Source: Azolla caroliniana (taxonomy: Eukaryota; Plantae; Polypodiophyta). Taken from it: a DNA stretch of 64,000 nucleotides. How positions within the stretch are numbered: position 1 is the stretch's first letter; the number at the start of each line of letters is the position of its first letter. Below, one piece after another: positions 1 to 12,026 of this stretch. The stretch covers positions 6,572,001 through 6,636,000 of the forward strand of contig JBHGNT010000013.1 of assembly GCA_043228905.1 (NCBI GenBank). The letters are read 5' to 3'. A model generated the notes under the pieces. It saw only the letters and a program-made list of their open reading frames with translations. It was not told where the DNA came from and did no database searches. Both the position numbers and the translations under genes were made by a program.

Positions 1-1972
1 GATACTAATTATATTAAAGGATAATACACACGCTAAATTATCTAGGACAATAGTAACAGGCTTTGACTCTTCTATGATATTTGCAGAAGCAATGGGACGA
101 CCATCAATGACTACTACAAAGGCTGGACATGGGAGTTTTCTTAGGGATATCTTATGAGCTTGGGAAAAATTCCTATCCATGAAGCAAGAATTAGCTCCGG
201 AATCTAGGAGTGTTGAGACATGTATTGGAGAGGTACTTTTAGTACTAACGGTTACTTGGGCTAAGAACACATTGCTAACTTTCTTAGAGGGAATGGAACC
301 ACTAATGGGTTGCAAAGATCTAGGGCTGTCCAACCAAACGGCTCCTATTTTGGTTGGACCTAGTCGTTTAACTTTTCTTCTAACTAACTGACTACGGACA
401 TCAAATTTGTTTGATAGATTTGGGCTATTAGTACTATTAGAACTATCAGATATTCCTACTGAAATAGACTCGGGTTTAGTACAATTAGAACTAGCAACTA
501 TTTGGTTCACCTGTCTTCTTGGCCTATGGGGACAGTTCACTGCAATATGCCCTAGTCCACTGCAATAAAGACATAGTCGATTTCCTCGGCGTCGCTGCTT
601 TTCTTCTTCCAATAATGGTCTGCGACGATGTGTAGTGTCAATTTCCATCGGAGTTGGAGTATTCATTGGAGACGCATTGTATGCCTCCCTTGGAAAAGGT
701 TTTGCTACCACTGAGGCGTAGGTGGGCTTTGATCTTGCCCTTGGCATCTGGAACAAACGTTCCGAACGTCGTTCGAAAAGACGGTTGTTGCATCTCACCG
801 CACGACTGATTGCTTCTGTCAATGACTTTGGTTCTTCAGGGAAGGTCAAGAGTAAATCCTTGACATTGTTACGTAGACCATAACGAAATTGCTCCATAAG
901 TGCTTGGTCATCCCAGGGGATATCGGAGGGGAGTAGGCGGAAATCTCCAACGTATGAGGCTGGACGATCACCTTGACGTAATCGTCGGATTTTGTTGATT
1001 GTTGTCCTTATGCTGTCAGTATCTCCAAAACAGGCTTTAAACTCACTTAAAAACTCTTTAAAATTGTTTAGTAAAGGAGATTCCTTTTCTAAAAACGGAG
1101 CGACCCATGCCAAAGTTAAGCCACTTAACAATGTGCCTACTAAACCCAGTCGTGATGCATCGGTGGGATATCGGGAAGGATGCATTTGAATGACTAATCA
1201 TACCTGATTAAGGAATCCTCTAAACTACGATCGCGTTCCATCGAATTTCATGGTAAGGCTGATCTTGGGTTCTTTATGAACCCCTTGCATATTGGGTCCT
1301 TGTTGTTGCATTGCTACTATGGTTGCTTCAAGCAGTTGCACGTGTAACGCTAGTTCCCCGTGTTGTTGTTGCATCTTATGCTTCTCTAAGGAGATTTGTT
1401 GAAGCTCCCCCAACAGTCGTTGATTTTCTTGTTCCAATGCGAGAAACTTCTCTTTCAAGCATTGCAACTCCGAAAAAACGGATTGATATTCTTAAGCACT
1501 AACAGTGGCATTAGTATGAGAGAAAAGAGGAATAAGAGATTAATATGAAGGGAGGGAGAAGTTAGAAGATAAAGGAAGAGAAGGAAGGAAACGATATCGG
1601 TTCAAACTGTCAGAAGCAGTACTAAGACAGAGAAGGAATTAGTACTAAAAGATGAGGATTAGTACTAAGGGAGGTGTAGAATTCTCGAGAGAAGGAAAGA
1701 GTGACTGAGAGAGAGAGGGGGGGGGGGGGGGGGGAGAGAGAGAGAGAATGATGATAACAAAATATATATATTATGTTAAGTGAATATACAATAGTAGCTA
1801 GGAGGCTTAAGACTGACGTTGAACCGATTTGGTTCGAAATAATGCCTTGTGCCTGCTTTTATAGTGTTCTCAGGAGTACTCCTGAAGTTTCTAGATTGTT
1901 CCAAAGAAATCTGGAATATACATCAATTTTCTATAGTAAAACTTAAATGAAAATATTATCCTTCATATTACA
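1..1972 (-). mobile_element. Ty3/gypsy LTR retrotransposon (Tcn1/Tf1-like), 5' LTR plus degraded gag; runs off the window start
   Basis: Minus-strand gag reads KEPKISL..KFDGTRS, ..WDDQALMEQFRYGL.. and a CLYCSGLGHIAVNC zinc knuckle (~540-580), with stops/frameshifts. LTR 1608-1972 has TG..CA ends and a TATA at ~1856-1863. Confidence 0.85.
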
Positions 1973-2129
1973 ACATATAGTTTAATGGTCAAGAGCTTGA
2001 CCCTTGTAACATAAAGTCATGGGTTCGAGTCTTGTCATATCATGACATGTATTGATCTCAAATGTATGCATAGGTTTGATTGTGAGAAGGCTATTGAAGA
2101 TAATAAACAACCCAACTTGAGCATGAACC

Positions 2130-4668
2130 TTAAGTGAGTGCCCATGTATTCCAAGATGGTTGAGGATATGTTACAAATGACAAAGATACAACCTGGTGCC
2201 ACACTAGAATGCAAATGGGAAGCTTTCAAGAAAGTCATTCTCTCCTGTACAAACAAATGTTTTTCGACCAACCGCAGATCTTGGAATGCACCAAGAAACT
2301 TAGGAAAATTTGGTTTGATAAAGAATGTCGTGAAGCTCGAAAGTGCCTTATGGTTTTAGATGTAGTTAAGGACAAAGAGAATTACCAAAAGCATTTGCAT
2401 GAGTATAAAAGGCTTATTCAAAGAAAGAGAAGAATATGGGAAGTTACTCAACAATTTATCCAAATGTAAGAGAAAGCACATGCATGTGCCAAATTTTGGG
2501 GAAATCTAAAGGGGAAACGTGTTGAGAGTTATGTCGACTTAACTCTTTATGAGTTGTTTATGCATTGTAAGAATTTATATGAGTTATCTCTTGCCAAAAA
2601 GATGATGTGTTATGGTTCTCTTTTACATATGTCTCCCTTCTTTACAATTGAAGATATATGCATAGGACTTAAGAAATTGGCCTCTCGAAAGGCAAGCAAT
2701 CTTCAATGTATAAAGGATGAAATGCTCAAATGGACGGGAAAGGAAGCACATGTATGGATAGGCGATATGTTTAATGATGCATTCCAACATGGTTTGCCAT
2801 ACGATTGGACTACAAATTGGATCAAACCTTTACATAAAGTTGGAGATGTATATATAATGTAAAAAACTATTGAACCATCATGGTTGGTTCATTAATGGCA
2901 AAACTATTTGGATGTATAATGGAATCAAAGATAAGTGTATGGGCTGAAAAAAAATGGTAAGAGAGCTTATGGACAAGTTGGCTTTCGGAGACACCATAGC
3001 ACCATTTATCAATTGTCACCCTTCGAGTATTAACGGAGGAAAGTCGCCTTAGAGGTAAAGGTTTATATTGTTGCTTTGTAGACTTCAAGAAAGCTTTCGA
3101 TATGGTACCTCGTGAGCATCGTTGGAGGCGAATGGAATAACTTGAGATGCCAAGTGAATATATGCTTGCAATTTCCTGAATTTATGAGAAGGTTATATGT
3201 TGTGTGCGCATGAGAGATCAACTTTCAGATTTTTTTCAAAAGCACTATTGGTGTTAAGCAAGGATGCCCACTCTCACCAACACTATTTGGTCTATGCATT
3301 GATGAATTGGAAGAAATGGTTACCAAGTTTGCAAAGGAAGAATGTGTAGAAGAAGTTGCCATTGGGAATGTTGTGACTATGCTTTTGCTATATGCAGATG
3401 ATGTAGTGCTTTTTGCAAACAATTTAGGAGATGCACAAAAGCTTATGAAGGCATTGGAAAAAATTTGCGTGCATACTAAATTAAGTGTCAATAGCTCTAA
3501 AACAAAGATTATGCTTGTGAAGAGCCAAAGAAGAGATAAACCATGTAGTATATACAACAATGAGCCACTTGAATGTGTGGAAAGCTTCAAATATCTTGGC
3601 CTTGAAGTTCCTTCAAATCATAGATGGAATGAATGTGCTACACGCCACTTAGAGGCGGGTAAGTGAGCAGACTATGCATTTGAGAACACATGCAATCTTG
3701 GAGATATTAAGTGTTGGGTCCTCAAGAAATATCTTTTCGACACTTTCGTGACACTGGTTCTTCTCTATGGGGTGGAAGTATGGGGCGGTAGCATCCCTAA
3801 ATCTATGTGGAAAGAGTTTGAAAATGTCTGAAAACATTTTCTTACAAAGTTTCTACAAGTTAAGTAACAAATGCCCTACACCCTCCTCTTTGAGACGGGA
3901 TCGCTTCCCATTGAGATCATGGTCATGGAAAGGGTTGTTGAATACATGCTTAAGGTTCAAAAAAGTCCCTCACATCAACTTCCTAGAATTGCCTGGGAAG
4001 CAAGCAAAAAGATCCAAAAGACGCATAAAAGCAAAATTTATGTGTTCGGGTTGGATGTAAGATATAGAAAAATGGTTTGGTAGATGGGATGCGAGACACT
4101 TGCTTCATGATGCATCATTAGATTCCTCTGTAAATGAGGCCTTTTTGCAACGCCAATGTATCATGACATGGGACAAATGTGGAGGCTCACGCTTCACACA
4201 TGATACTACACAGGTTGCACCTAACTACAAAACCATATTCTTTGCGGAACGGGGAAATCGTACACATCGATACATGTTAGAGCCCATACTGTTATTTGCC
4301 ATTCGAACCATTGCTTCCATGCGACTTAGCTCACATGCATTGTGATGTGAGACAGGGCATCGGGGCACAAGTGATGAGAGTGGTCGGCTATGCACACTTT
4401 GCCCTAAACAAGTTTGTGAGTTCGAGTATCACACTTTGATACAATGCTTTGCCATTGATCATATTAGACCATGCTTTCCACATCTCTTCGACCAAGCCCA
4501 ATCCTTGCATGAATTCCTCTCACAACCACAATGTGCACTCTCGATTGCAACATTCATCGGTAAAGTTCTTGAACATCGAGAGTCACTATTCACTTTCACA
4601 CATATCACGTGAAATGTAATATTTTTGGTCTCATAGGTCATATTTGACCTCCAACGACGATAATATAA
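2130..4668 (+). mobile_element. Degraded RTE/RTEX-like LINE (reverse transcriptase, 5'-truncated)
   Basis: Fragments KQGCPLSPTLFGLCIDE, LLYADDVVL and FKYLG; C-terminal CTLC..H..C finger at ~4390-4445; 3' end ...GACCTCCAACGACGATAATATAATCT runs into (CT)n. The 5' boundary is approximate. Confidence 0.85.
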
Positions 4669-4784
4669 TCTCTCTCTCTCTCTCTCTCCCCTTCTCTCGA
4701 GTGTTCTACGCCCTCTTTATCTCTTAGTACTAATATTCATTTGTTAGTACTAATTTCCTCTCTGTCTTAGTACTATTCCTGACA
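4669..4784 (+). mobile_element. 3' part of an LTR of the 1608-1972 family, in opposite orientation
   Basis: CTTCTCTCGAG..TAGTACTAAT..CTCTGTCTTAGTACT..CTGACA matches the reverse complement of 1608-1700. It interrupts a copia gag at 4785. Confidence 0.8.
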
Positions 4785-5137
4785 TTGCACCGACAACCAT
4801 ATATCTTTGCACACCAGCATGTCCCTCATCTTCGACTTCCACACTGAATAGCTCGAGCCAGAACGTTTGAATATGCTACCAAATGAGTCTCCCATCGCTC
4901 TAATACCAGTTTGTTGAGATCGAAGTTGGCCACAACCAGTTCAAGACTCACATATGAGAGGTGCAAACATTTAAACCGGTATTTTAATGTGGAAACCCTA
5001 ATAGGGAAAAACCACGGGAGTCCCCAAACTCCGAACTGTTTCACTATGATATGGGAGGAATACACTGATACTCGCAGGCATTAACCTCGACCTCATCTTC
5101 TTCGCCTAATGGCGGCTACAACAGAGGCACAACATCA

Positions 5138-5190
<53 letters not shown>

Positions 5191-5466
5191 ACATTCTCCC
5201 TCATGCACACTGTTACAACAATATGAACATGATACTTAACATTTTTCCCTAGTTATATTTATACTTATATAACTTAGGGCTATTTACAAATTTGGCTCTA
5301 AATAGGCGCAAGCTAAACCTATTTACATATGTGGCCTCTTTCGGATGTCAATCCGGATTCGATCCGAACACTGGTCAGAATCCGGGTTCAGCCTTTCTTC
5401 TCCTTTGGATCCAATTGATTTGGCTCGTGTTCTCCTTTCCATCTGGAGGGACCTCATTTCCCAACA
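4785..5466 (-). mobile_element. Ty1/copia (Tnt1/Tork-like) 5' LTR, PBS and gag start
   Basis: LTR 4912-5466 (TGTTGGG..CAACA); PBS TGGTATTAGAGC (tRNA-iMet) at 4897-4908; gag begins MGDSFGS..YSVWKSKMRDMLVCKD. Related to the LTRs at 21820 and 62483. Confidence 0.8.
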
Positions 5467-5499
5467 CATATCAGCATTAGAGGCAACAATCTGGTTGCA

Positions 5500-7660
5500 C
5501 CAACTGTCTGCCAACTTTTCAACTACAAGTCAAATCGACCATCCAATGCCAACCATCTATTGTGACTCTCAAAGCACAATACACCTCATTCGAAATCCAG
5601 TATATCATGCGAAGAAAAAACTCATTGTGGTGTTGTTTCATCATATCTGGGAGCTTGTAACAGAGAAGAAGCTCGAAGTCCGGAAGATCGACACCGAGGT
5701 GAACTTCACCTATAGCCTAATGAATCCATTCCCAAAACAACGCTTCAGAGCAGTAAGGACAATAATGGGACTACAACAAGCAATCAAGCAAACAAAAACC
5801 AAACGAGAAGCAGAAGACAAGTCAAAGAATAGCCCGATCGCACAAACCATAATAGCAAAGTCAAAAGAATCGGAATGCCAAGAGGCTGAAGATGCGACAC
5901 TAAGTGAGGATACTGACTAGAGAGAAAATGATCGAGGGACGAATGAACCTGCAGACAGGTTGAGGATCCCACGAGGAGCATAGGAGCAAGCACGAGTGGG
6001 AGGCAGGAGAATAACTCAATTCGGACACAGTCCAACTCGAAAAAGTCAATCCAACCAACTCAGACATGCCTATCCGGATAATTAGCTAAATAAGGCAGAT
6101 TGGTCTAAATGTTGACATCCCTATATCTATAATTGTATCTATAGATTAGTTTTGTGATCTAGGTTCACGGGGGAGATACCCCAAGTACTTGCATACATAG
6201 GAAAGCATAGCCCTTTTATGGGGGAGTTTGTTGGCATAAAAGACCGACTCCTTCCACTTTGTATCCTAAGTGTGAACATGCCTTTGAGTTAGGGCTTGAG
6301 TATATAAGCTCAAACCTAACGTTGTCGTGAAGATTTTTGGCAATGGTGTGAAAATTGTGAGGAACATACAAAATCGAGTGTGGTTCTTCACACAAGACAT
6401 GAAACAATAATAGTAAAGATATTATTTTAGATTAGTTTAATATCTTGGTACGAGTAGATGGATGTCTTCAAGAGCTTTCGAATGTACTTTACTACATTTG
6501 AAACGGACAACTAAATGTCAAGTTATATGAATGTGAAGTTTGAGAAGAAGAAGAGAAAAACAAAACTATGAGATATCCCACATAGATATAAGCAGAGCCA
6601 GAACTTACTACTTTTTGTCTATGTGTGGAGCACAGAATGTTTTTGGGCTAAACTGTGGCTTAACTACTCATAATGGTTTTGGAGGACCGGACCGGACGGA
6701 CGACGATGGAACCGAAACCAGAACAGCGAATGGCGCTGAACTGGACAGAACCGGAACCGGACGGGGACAACGACCAAGCCAGAGCCGACACCGACACCGG
6801 AACCGAACCGGATCGGATCACCAGACCGGATAGACCGGATCATCGGGTCAGATACGGACTGGATAGATGGATCAATCGGATAGGTTGATCGCGACGATTT
6901 CGGTGTGAAACGAACAAAATCATCTAGACTAAAAATTCTAGTAAAAGTTTGTATACAAAGGGATGCAAGCAAGGCTTGAACCTTGCACCTCCAAGATAGG
7001 AGACAATAAACTTACCACTAAACCAAGTCATTTCTCTAAAAATGTTCTTTCTATCATTATATTTTCACATGTAAATTCTCATATTAGAGCTTGAATGAGT
7101 GACATGGTTATCATGCATCACATGTAATGCATGAGCACCAAATGGCAAACATGCATCATATGCATTCCATGCATTGTATGCATGTCTTATACTCTCACAT
7201 GTATCATATGCATGGGGGCATCTATAAAAGAGTGGATGAAAAAGATCAAAAGGGGTTATGTATTAATCAAGATTTTAATAAGAAGAAAATTCGTTATCCA
7301 ATTGATGATATATCTTGTTCCTCAAATCTAAAGTCAAGGGGTTCAATCTTAATCTCTCTCTCCATTTCAATCTCTCTCAATCTCTCTTAAATCCTTTCTC
7401 GTTAAAGCTAGTGCAAACTTCGAATCCTTCTAGTCCAGGACCCCGGCGGTTCCGCCTCACGATTCGCACGTAGTGACGGATCTTCACGACAACGTTGTAA
7501 AGAAAGATACTCGGAGAGTAAGAGTTGCAGAGCAAGAGAATAAGAACTTCCATTGAAGCTCTAGAACTATGTTCATCTTCGATCTCTCTTCTTGTCCTAA
7601 ATCTCTGTTGTTTGTTGTACATCTCATGAAGGTCCTCATACACATTCTTCCGCATATTTG
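5500..7660 (+). mobile_element. Ty1/copia 3' remnant (RNase H plus probable 3' LTR), interrupted by a solo LTR
   Basis: TIYCDSQSTIHLIRNPVYHAK..RKIDTEVN is copia RNase H. LTR-like sequence lies on both sides of the 6323-7491 insertion. Boundaries are approximate. Confidence 0.6.
6323..7491 (+). mobile_element. Solo LTR (TGTCGTG family), 4-bp TSD ACGT
   Basis: 12-bp terminal inverted repeat TGTCGTGAAGAT..ATCTTCACGACA; ACGT at 6319-6322 and 7492-7495; homologous to 59726-61076. Confidence 0.9.
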
Positions 7661-10039
7661 TTCATATACTTTCATCACTCGTCAAGTGTTCTAGAACCCT
7701 AGCTGAGGAAAATGATAATGAGTGACTGAGTGACAGCCATAAGGATGTGGCGGCGGCGGCAGAGACGGAGACGGGGAGGCAAGAGAGTTCGTGAGGATAG
7801 TTGGGAAGAAGGTCACGAGACAGGTGAGCCAGGGTGGGGGGGGGGGGTGGGGGGGGAGTGTGAGGGTGAGGGCCACTAGTGGTCATCGGCAAGAAGTGGA
7901 GGGGGTGGAGAAACGAGGGTAGGTCCCATAGAGAGTGTGGTTAACAACCGTCTCATAGAAAGCATTTGCTTTTGGTTAACAACCATCTCTAATAAACATC
8001 ACAATCCCTAAATAATTCCATTGAACTTTGCCAACATAACATAATGTATAACCCTTAGAACAACCTACTAATCCAACATTAAGATGATATTTATGCACCA
8101 TTGCACATAACATATCCCACTTACTCACTTAAGATAACCCTCCAAACCTTACGCATGCTAACTCAACAACATCATTCTCTTACATTCCATGTTGTGATGT
8201 TCATACTTTATTTTTTCCTTTAATCTAAAGAGATATCCCATCCCATCACTAATAATGTTTGTACCATATCTTGAATGAAATTTCCTATTATTGCATAAGA
8301 AACGTGATGAGAATGATAGTTTCCATGATGGCTCCTCTTGTGGATGATGCATGTGTTTTTATTTATTCCAAGGATACAAAAGGTATTGTTTCTATTTATT
8401 CCAAGGAGTCTACAAATTACCCTTGTTATAAAAAGACAACTTCTTATAAAAGACCTCTTGTTGACTACCTAGTGTATTTCACATCAAATTTGGTTGTTTT
8501 ACGTTCTCCACAGATACATTATGTCCAACATTCTTATTAAATTTCATCATCCTTCTAGAAACTATCGGCCATTGCCCTTCCTCTAGACTCTTCTTATCCT
8601 TGTCATTCACAACATGTTGTTCCCTTATTTGCTATAAATCAGGAATCTATTCATAGTTCGTACACTCTTTATGTATGCCATCCATTGTATTGGTTCTTTT
8701 TATAGGACACTCTGCCATAAATTGCCCTAGAACACCACAATGGAAATGATGTTTTGAAAATGTTCCCCATTTAAGCCTAGAATACATTGGAAGCCATATT
8801 AGAGTGCACTCAATTTGCAAACAATTTGGTCTCTTACCTATTGTATTCCAAAGGATACAGGTAATCAATATCAATTTTGCACATTTACATTTGGAGGTAC
8901 CGATATTTTTCCCAACTCCTTCATTGTTGATCCTAAGACTAGTCAAACCATTGAAAAATTTGCACACTACCTCAACCTCGATATGACAATCTTGCTTCAA
9001 TATATTGTCATGGTACTCTAATAGTGGCCTCTAGGGAACAATATGAACTAGAGTTCTTTCATAAAAATCGGACAATTTATTGAGTAATTTTTCGTTATGC
9101 TCTTGAGAGAACAAAATAACCTCTTAAAACCCATGAAGACTAACAAAAATATCTTCAAAACAATAATCCTGTAAAACCCATGTAACCATTGTTTAACCCT
9201 CCATAGAAAGGGTGTTTTTCCCATGAAAAACAAACTGACCCCTTTATCAAGGAAATTAGCAAATGATCCCAAAAAATCCTTATTATCCATTTTTACCTTT
9301 GTAACTTCATCATCAACAAACTCCTTAACAACTTTCACATCTCCCTTATACAATCCTTCATCAATACATTTACCATATACATTGCAAATGTTCCAATGAC
9401 TAATCCCTCTCAATGTCGTCTTTTCTTTTCTTTTCTTCAAAAAGAAAATGTCATCTTTTCGCATAGCATCAACATAAGACATATCATTAATATAAACACC
9501 ATCAAATGAACGAAAAGTTTATAGGACAAATAGTGTGTTGGATAACGATTATTAGATCTTGAACCCAACTTCATTATTAACAATTATTTCGTTTCTTTGG
9601 TTTTTTGTTTGTTGTTATGTATGTCCGAACAAATCACTGAAAACAAATACATAAATGTTTAGAGTAATTTATCAAGGAACAACATAAATTTTCAAAAAGT
9701 CCAAAACTATAGTTTAATGAGGTAACATAGTGTAGAACTATGTTGCACTTCCAAAAAGAATGGAATCAATTGGATAAAAGGAAGTTTGGTCTCAAAACAT
9801 ACAAGTCATGGTTTCAAGGTGGACATTATTTACATATGTAAGGCATCAAGACTAGTGTTGGGCAAAGTTTCTAACCCCTACCATAAATTTTCTTGCTTCT
9901 TATGATCCTAATTGGAAATTAAAAATTTTAACTACCCACTTTCGTATAAGTGATAATGTCAACCGGAACATGTTGAATTTTTTTTTTTTTAACACACCAT
10001 GTAAAACAATAAGCATAAAATGTCTGAGATTGTGTTGAT

Positions 10040-10330
10040 CTCTATGCCCATGTGTCCAGTTTATATTCATTATTCATGATTAGTAATTTACTCTTTCCCA
10101 AACAAATGAGCAAAAGTCTCTCTCCTCTTTGTAGCAATTCAAGCATGTGAGTTGTGATGTAGGCCATGGAAGATACTAGATTTGCATCCTCAAATAGAGT
10201 CTTTATGACGTTACATTCCATATTATGTTTAATGATATGTGGCATTCTTGATGTCAAAGTGTTAAAGCATAATATGTTACAAATAATTGCATCGACAACA
10301 CAATCAAACCATATTGTTGGTTATAAGACC
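10040..10330 (-). pseudogene. Possible hAT transposase remnant
   Basis: KTLFEDANLVSSMAYITTHMLELLQR resembles plant hAT (DUF659-type) transposases but is very decayed. Confidence 0.3.
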
Positions 10331-10500
10331 TCTTCATATTATAAGGTTCATGTCATGCACACTACCTTGGTATGATATTGTAATTCAAAAAATGGCTTTA
10401 TAACATTGACATTAATAAACTCATATGGTCCATGATAGACATGACATCACCCATGAATATATATAAACAAATTGACCGACGAAATGGCGTTTCTTTCTAC

Positions 10501-10947
10501 TGTTGATGATGGGTGGGGGATGGAGCCAAGAATGGCTCCACACCCCTCCTAAGGGGGTTGAGCATGAGAAAGAGATAGATAGATAGATAGATAGACAGAT
10601 TATATTATTGTCTTCGGAGGTCAAATATGACCTATGAGACCAAAAATTATTGAGAGGCAAAAACTACTACTATTCATTTATGCCCCATGGGTGAGGTTAT
10701 ATAGATACATGAGGGAGGGTTACAAATCAAGAACATACAATGAGGCTTGTAGGTTAGTTATATAACCTTTTAACCTAGACCCACTTTACCATATTGGCAC
10801 ACATGTGTTTACACATAATATGCTCATACTCACTTTTGTGTACACATGGATGTACTTACAACAATACTTTTCATACAAGACTGTACACTTATATATCCAT
10901 GTACCATCACACTTATACACTCATACACTTACAATCCCACAGATATA
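10501..10947 (-). mobile_element. Solo LTR related to the 31954/35075 LTRs, 5-bp TSD TCTAC, containing a LINE 3' end
   Basis: TCTAC at 10496-10500 and 10948-10952; shares GGGTGGGGG..AGAATGGCTCCAC..CCCCTCC.AAGGGGGTT with 32100-32150; 10573-10650 is the reverse complement of the LINE 3' end at 4620-4668 with an (ATCT)n tail. Confidence 0.75.
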
Positions 10948-11651
10948 TCTACGAAACAAAGTTAACTACAAACAAATTAGAGAGTACGTCGTGGGACAAG
11001 AAAAACAATTTTGTCGATCCTCCTCATGTATTGGTATTTGTTTAATGTGTGTGTGTGTATTTGTAGAAACATGTGGCATTTAATGGTAAAGGCTCCTAGA
11101 GAGGAGGCTTTACAACGAAAAAGCCCCCAACTTGAATGAATTGGAATGCTAAATCCTATAATAATGAAACAACGATAATAATAATTATATTATTGGCCTA
11201 TTACTATGCATATATATGAAGAAAAGCTAGTAACAAATAATAAATAACGGAGGAGAGATGGTAGTTACTAGTGAGATAAGATAATACATAAATAATGATA
11301 GAGAGATTGATTAAATATCAAGAATTGCGAAATAAGAGTACACAACAAATAAAATAAGGAAGTTTTACGAAGAAAATATAAAGAAGTAAGGGTGTGCAAT
11401 GCACAACTCAGTCATTACTCCCTCCCTCTCTACCACTTTACTCACAATCAACTCTAAATAATCATCTAGATTCTAGATGTGTACAGGTACACACACACAC
11501 ACACAGTGTGTGTGTGTGTGTAATCTAATGTAAGTATAAAGAAGTCATGACAATGAGAAGATGTATTTGATTTGTACCACCACCATACCATCTCTTACAG
11601 TTATTGTTATCATTACTCCCTCATTCATTCATCAATCATTGAGGCACTCAT

Positions 11652-12026
11652 ATGATGATGATGAAAATGATGATGATGGGCAGATCCCTGGTGGCGGAGG
11701 CGGTGGACGGTACTCGTCCCTCGACCAACACCTTGGTAGAGGCTTGGCTCCGGATTCGGGCACCCGTCATCGCTCCCGTACTGCAACTAACTGTTGACAT
11801 ATGCCTCCTCCTGGTCATCATGATGTTCGTGGATCGGATGTCCATGGCTGCATTGAGTGCATACTTCCGACTTCTCGGCAAGAGGCCCGAGAAACAATAC
11901 AAATGGGAGGCCATCACCCATGACCGGATGATTATGGATCATCATGATCATGATCATGATGGCTCCATCACCACATCTTCTTTCCCCAAGGTCCTTGTAC
12001 AAATCCCAATGTTCAATGAAAAAGAG
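11652..12026 (+). CDS. CSLA: CSLA exon 1
   Basis: Ends [15 protein letters not shown]|GTAGGC. Confidence 0.9.

Noticed and set aside
8600-9500. Possible L1-type ORF1 remnant on the minus strand (HCGVLGQFMAECP, knuckle-like)
   Set aside because: Too decayed to assign by eye.
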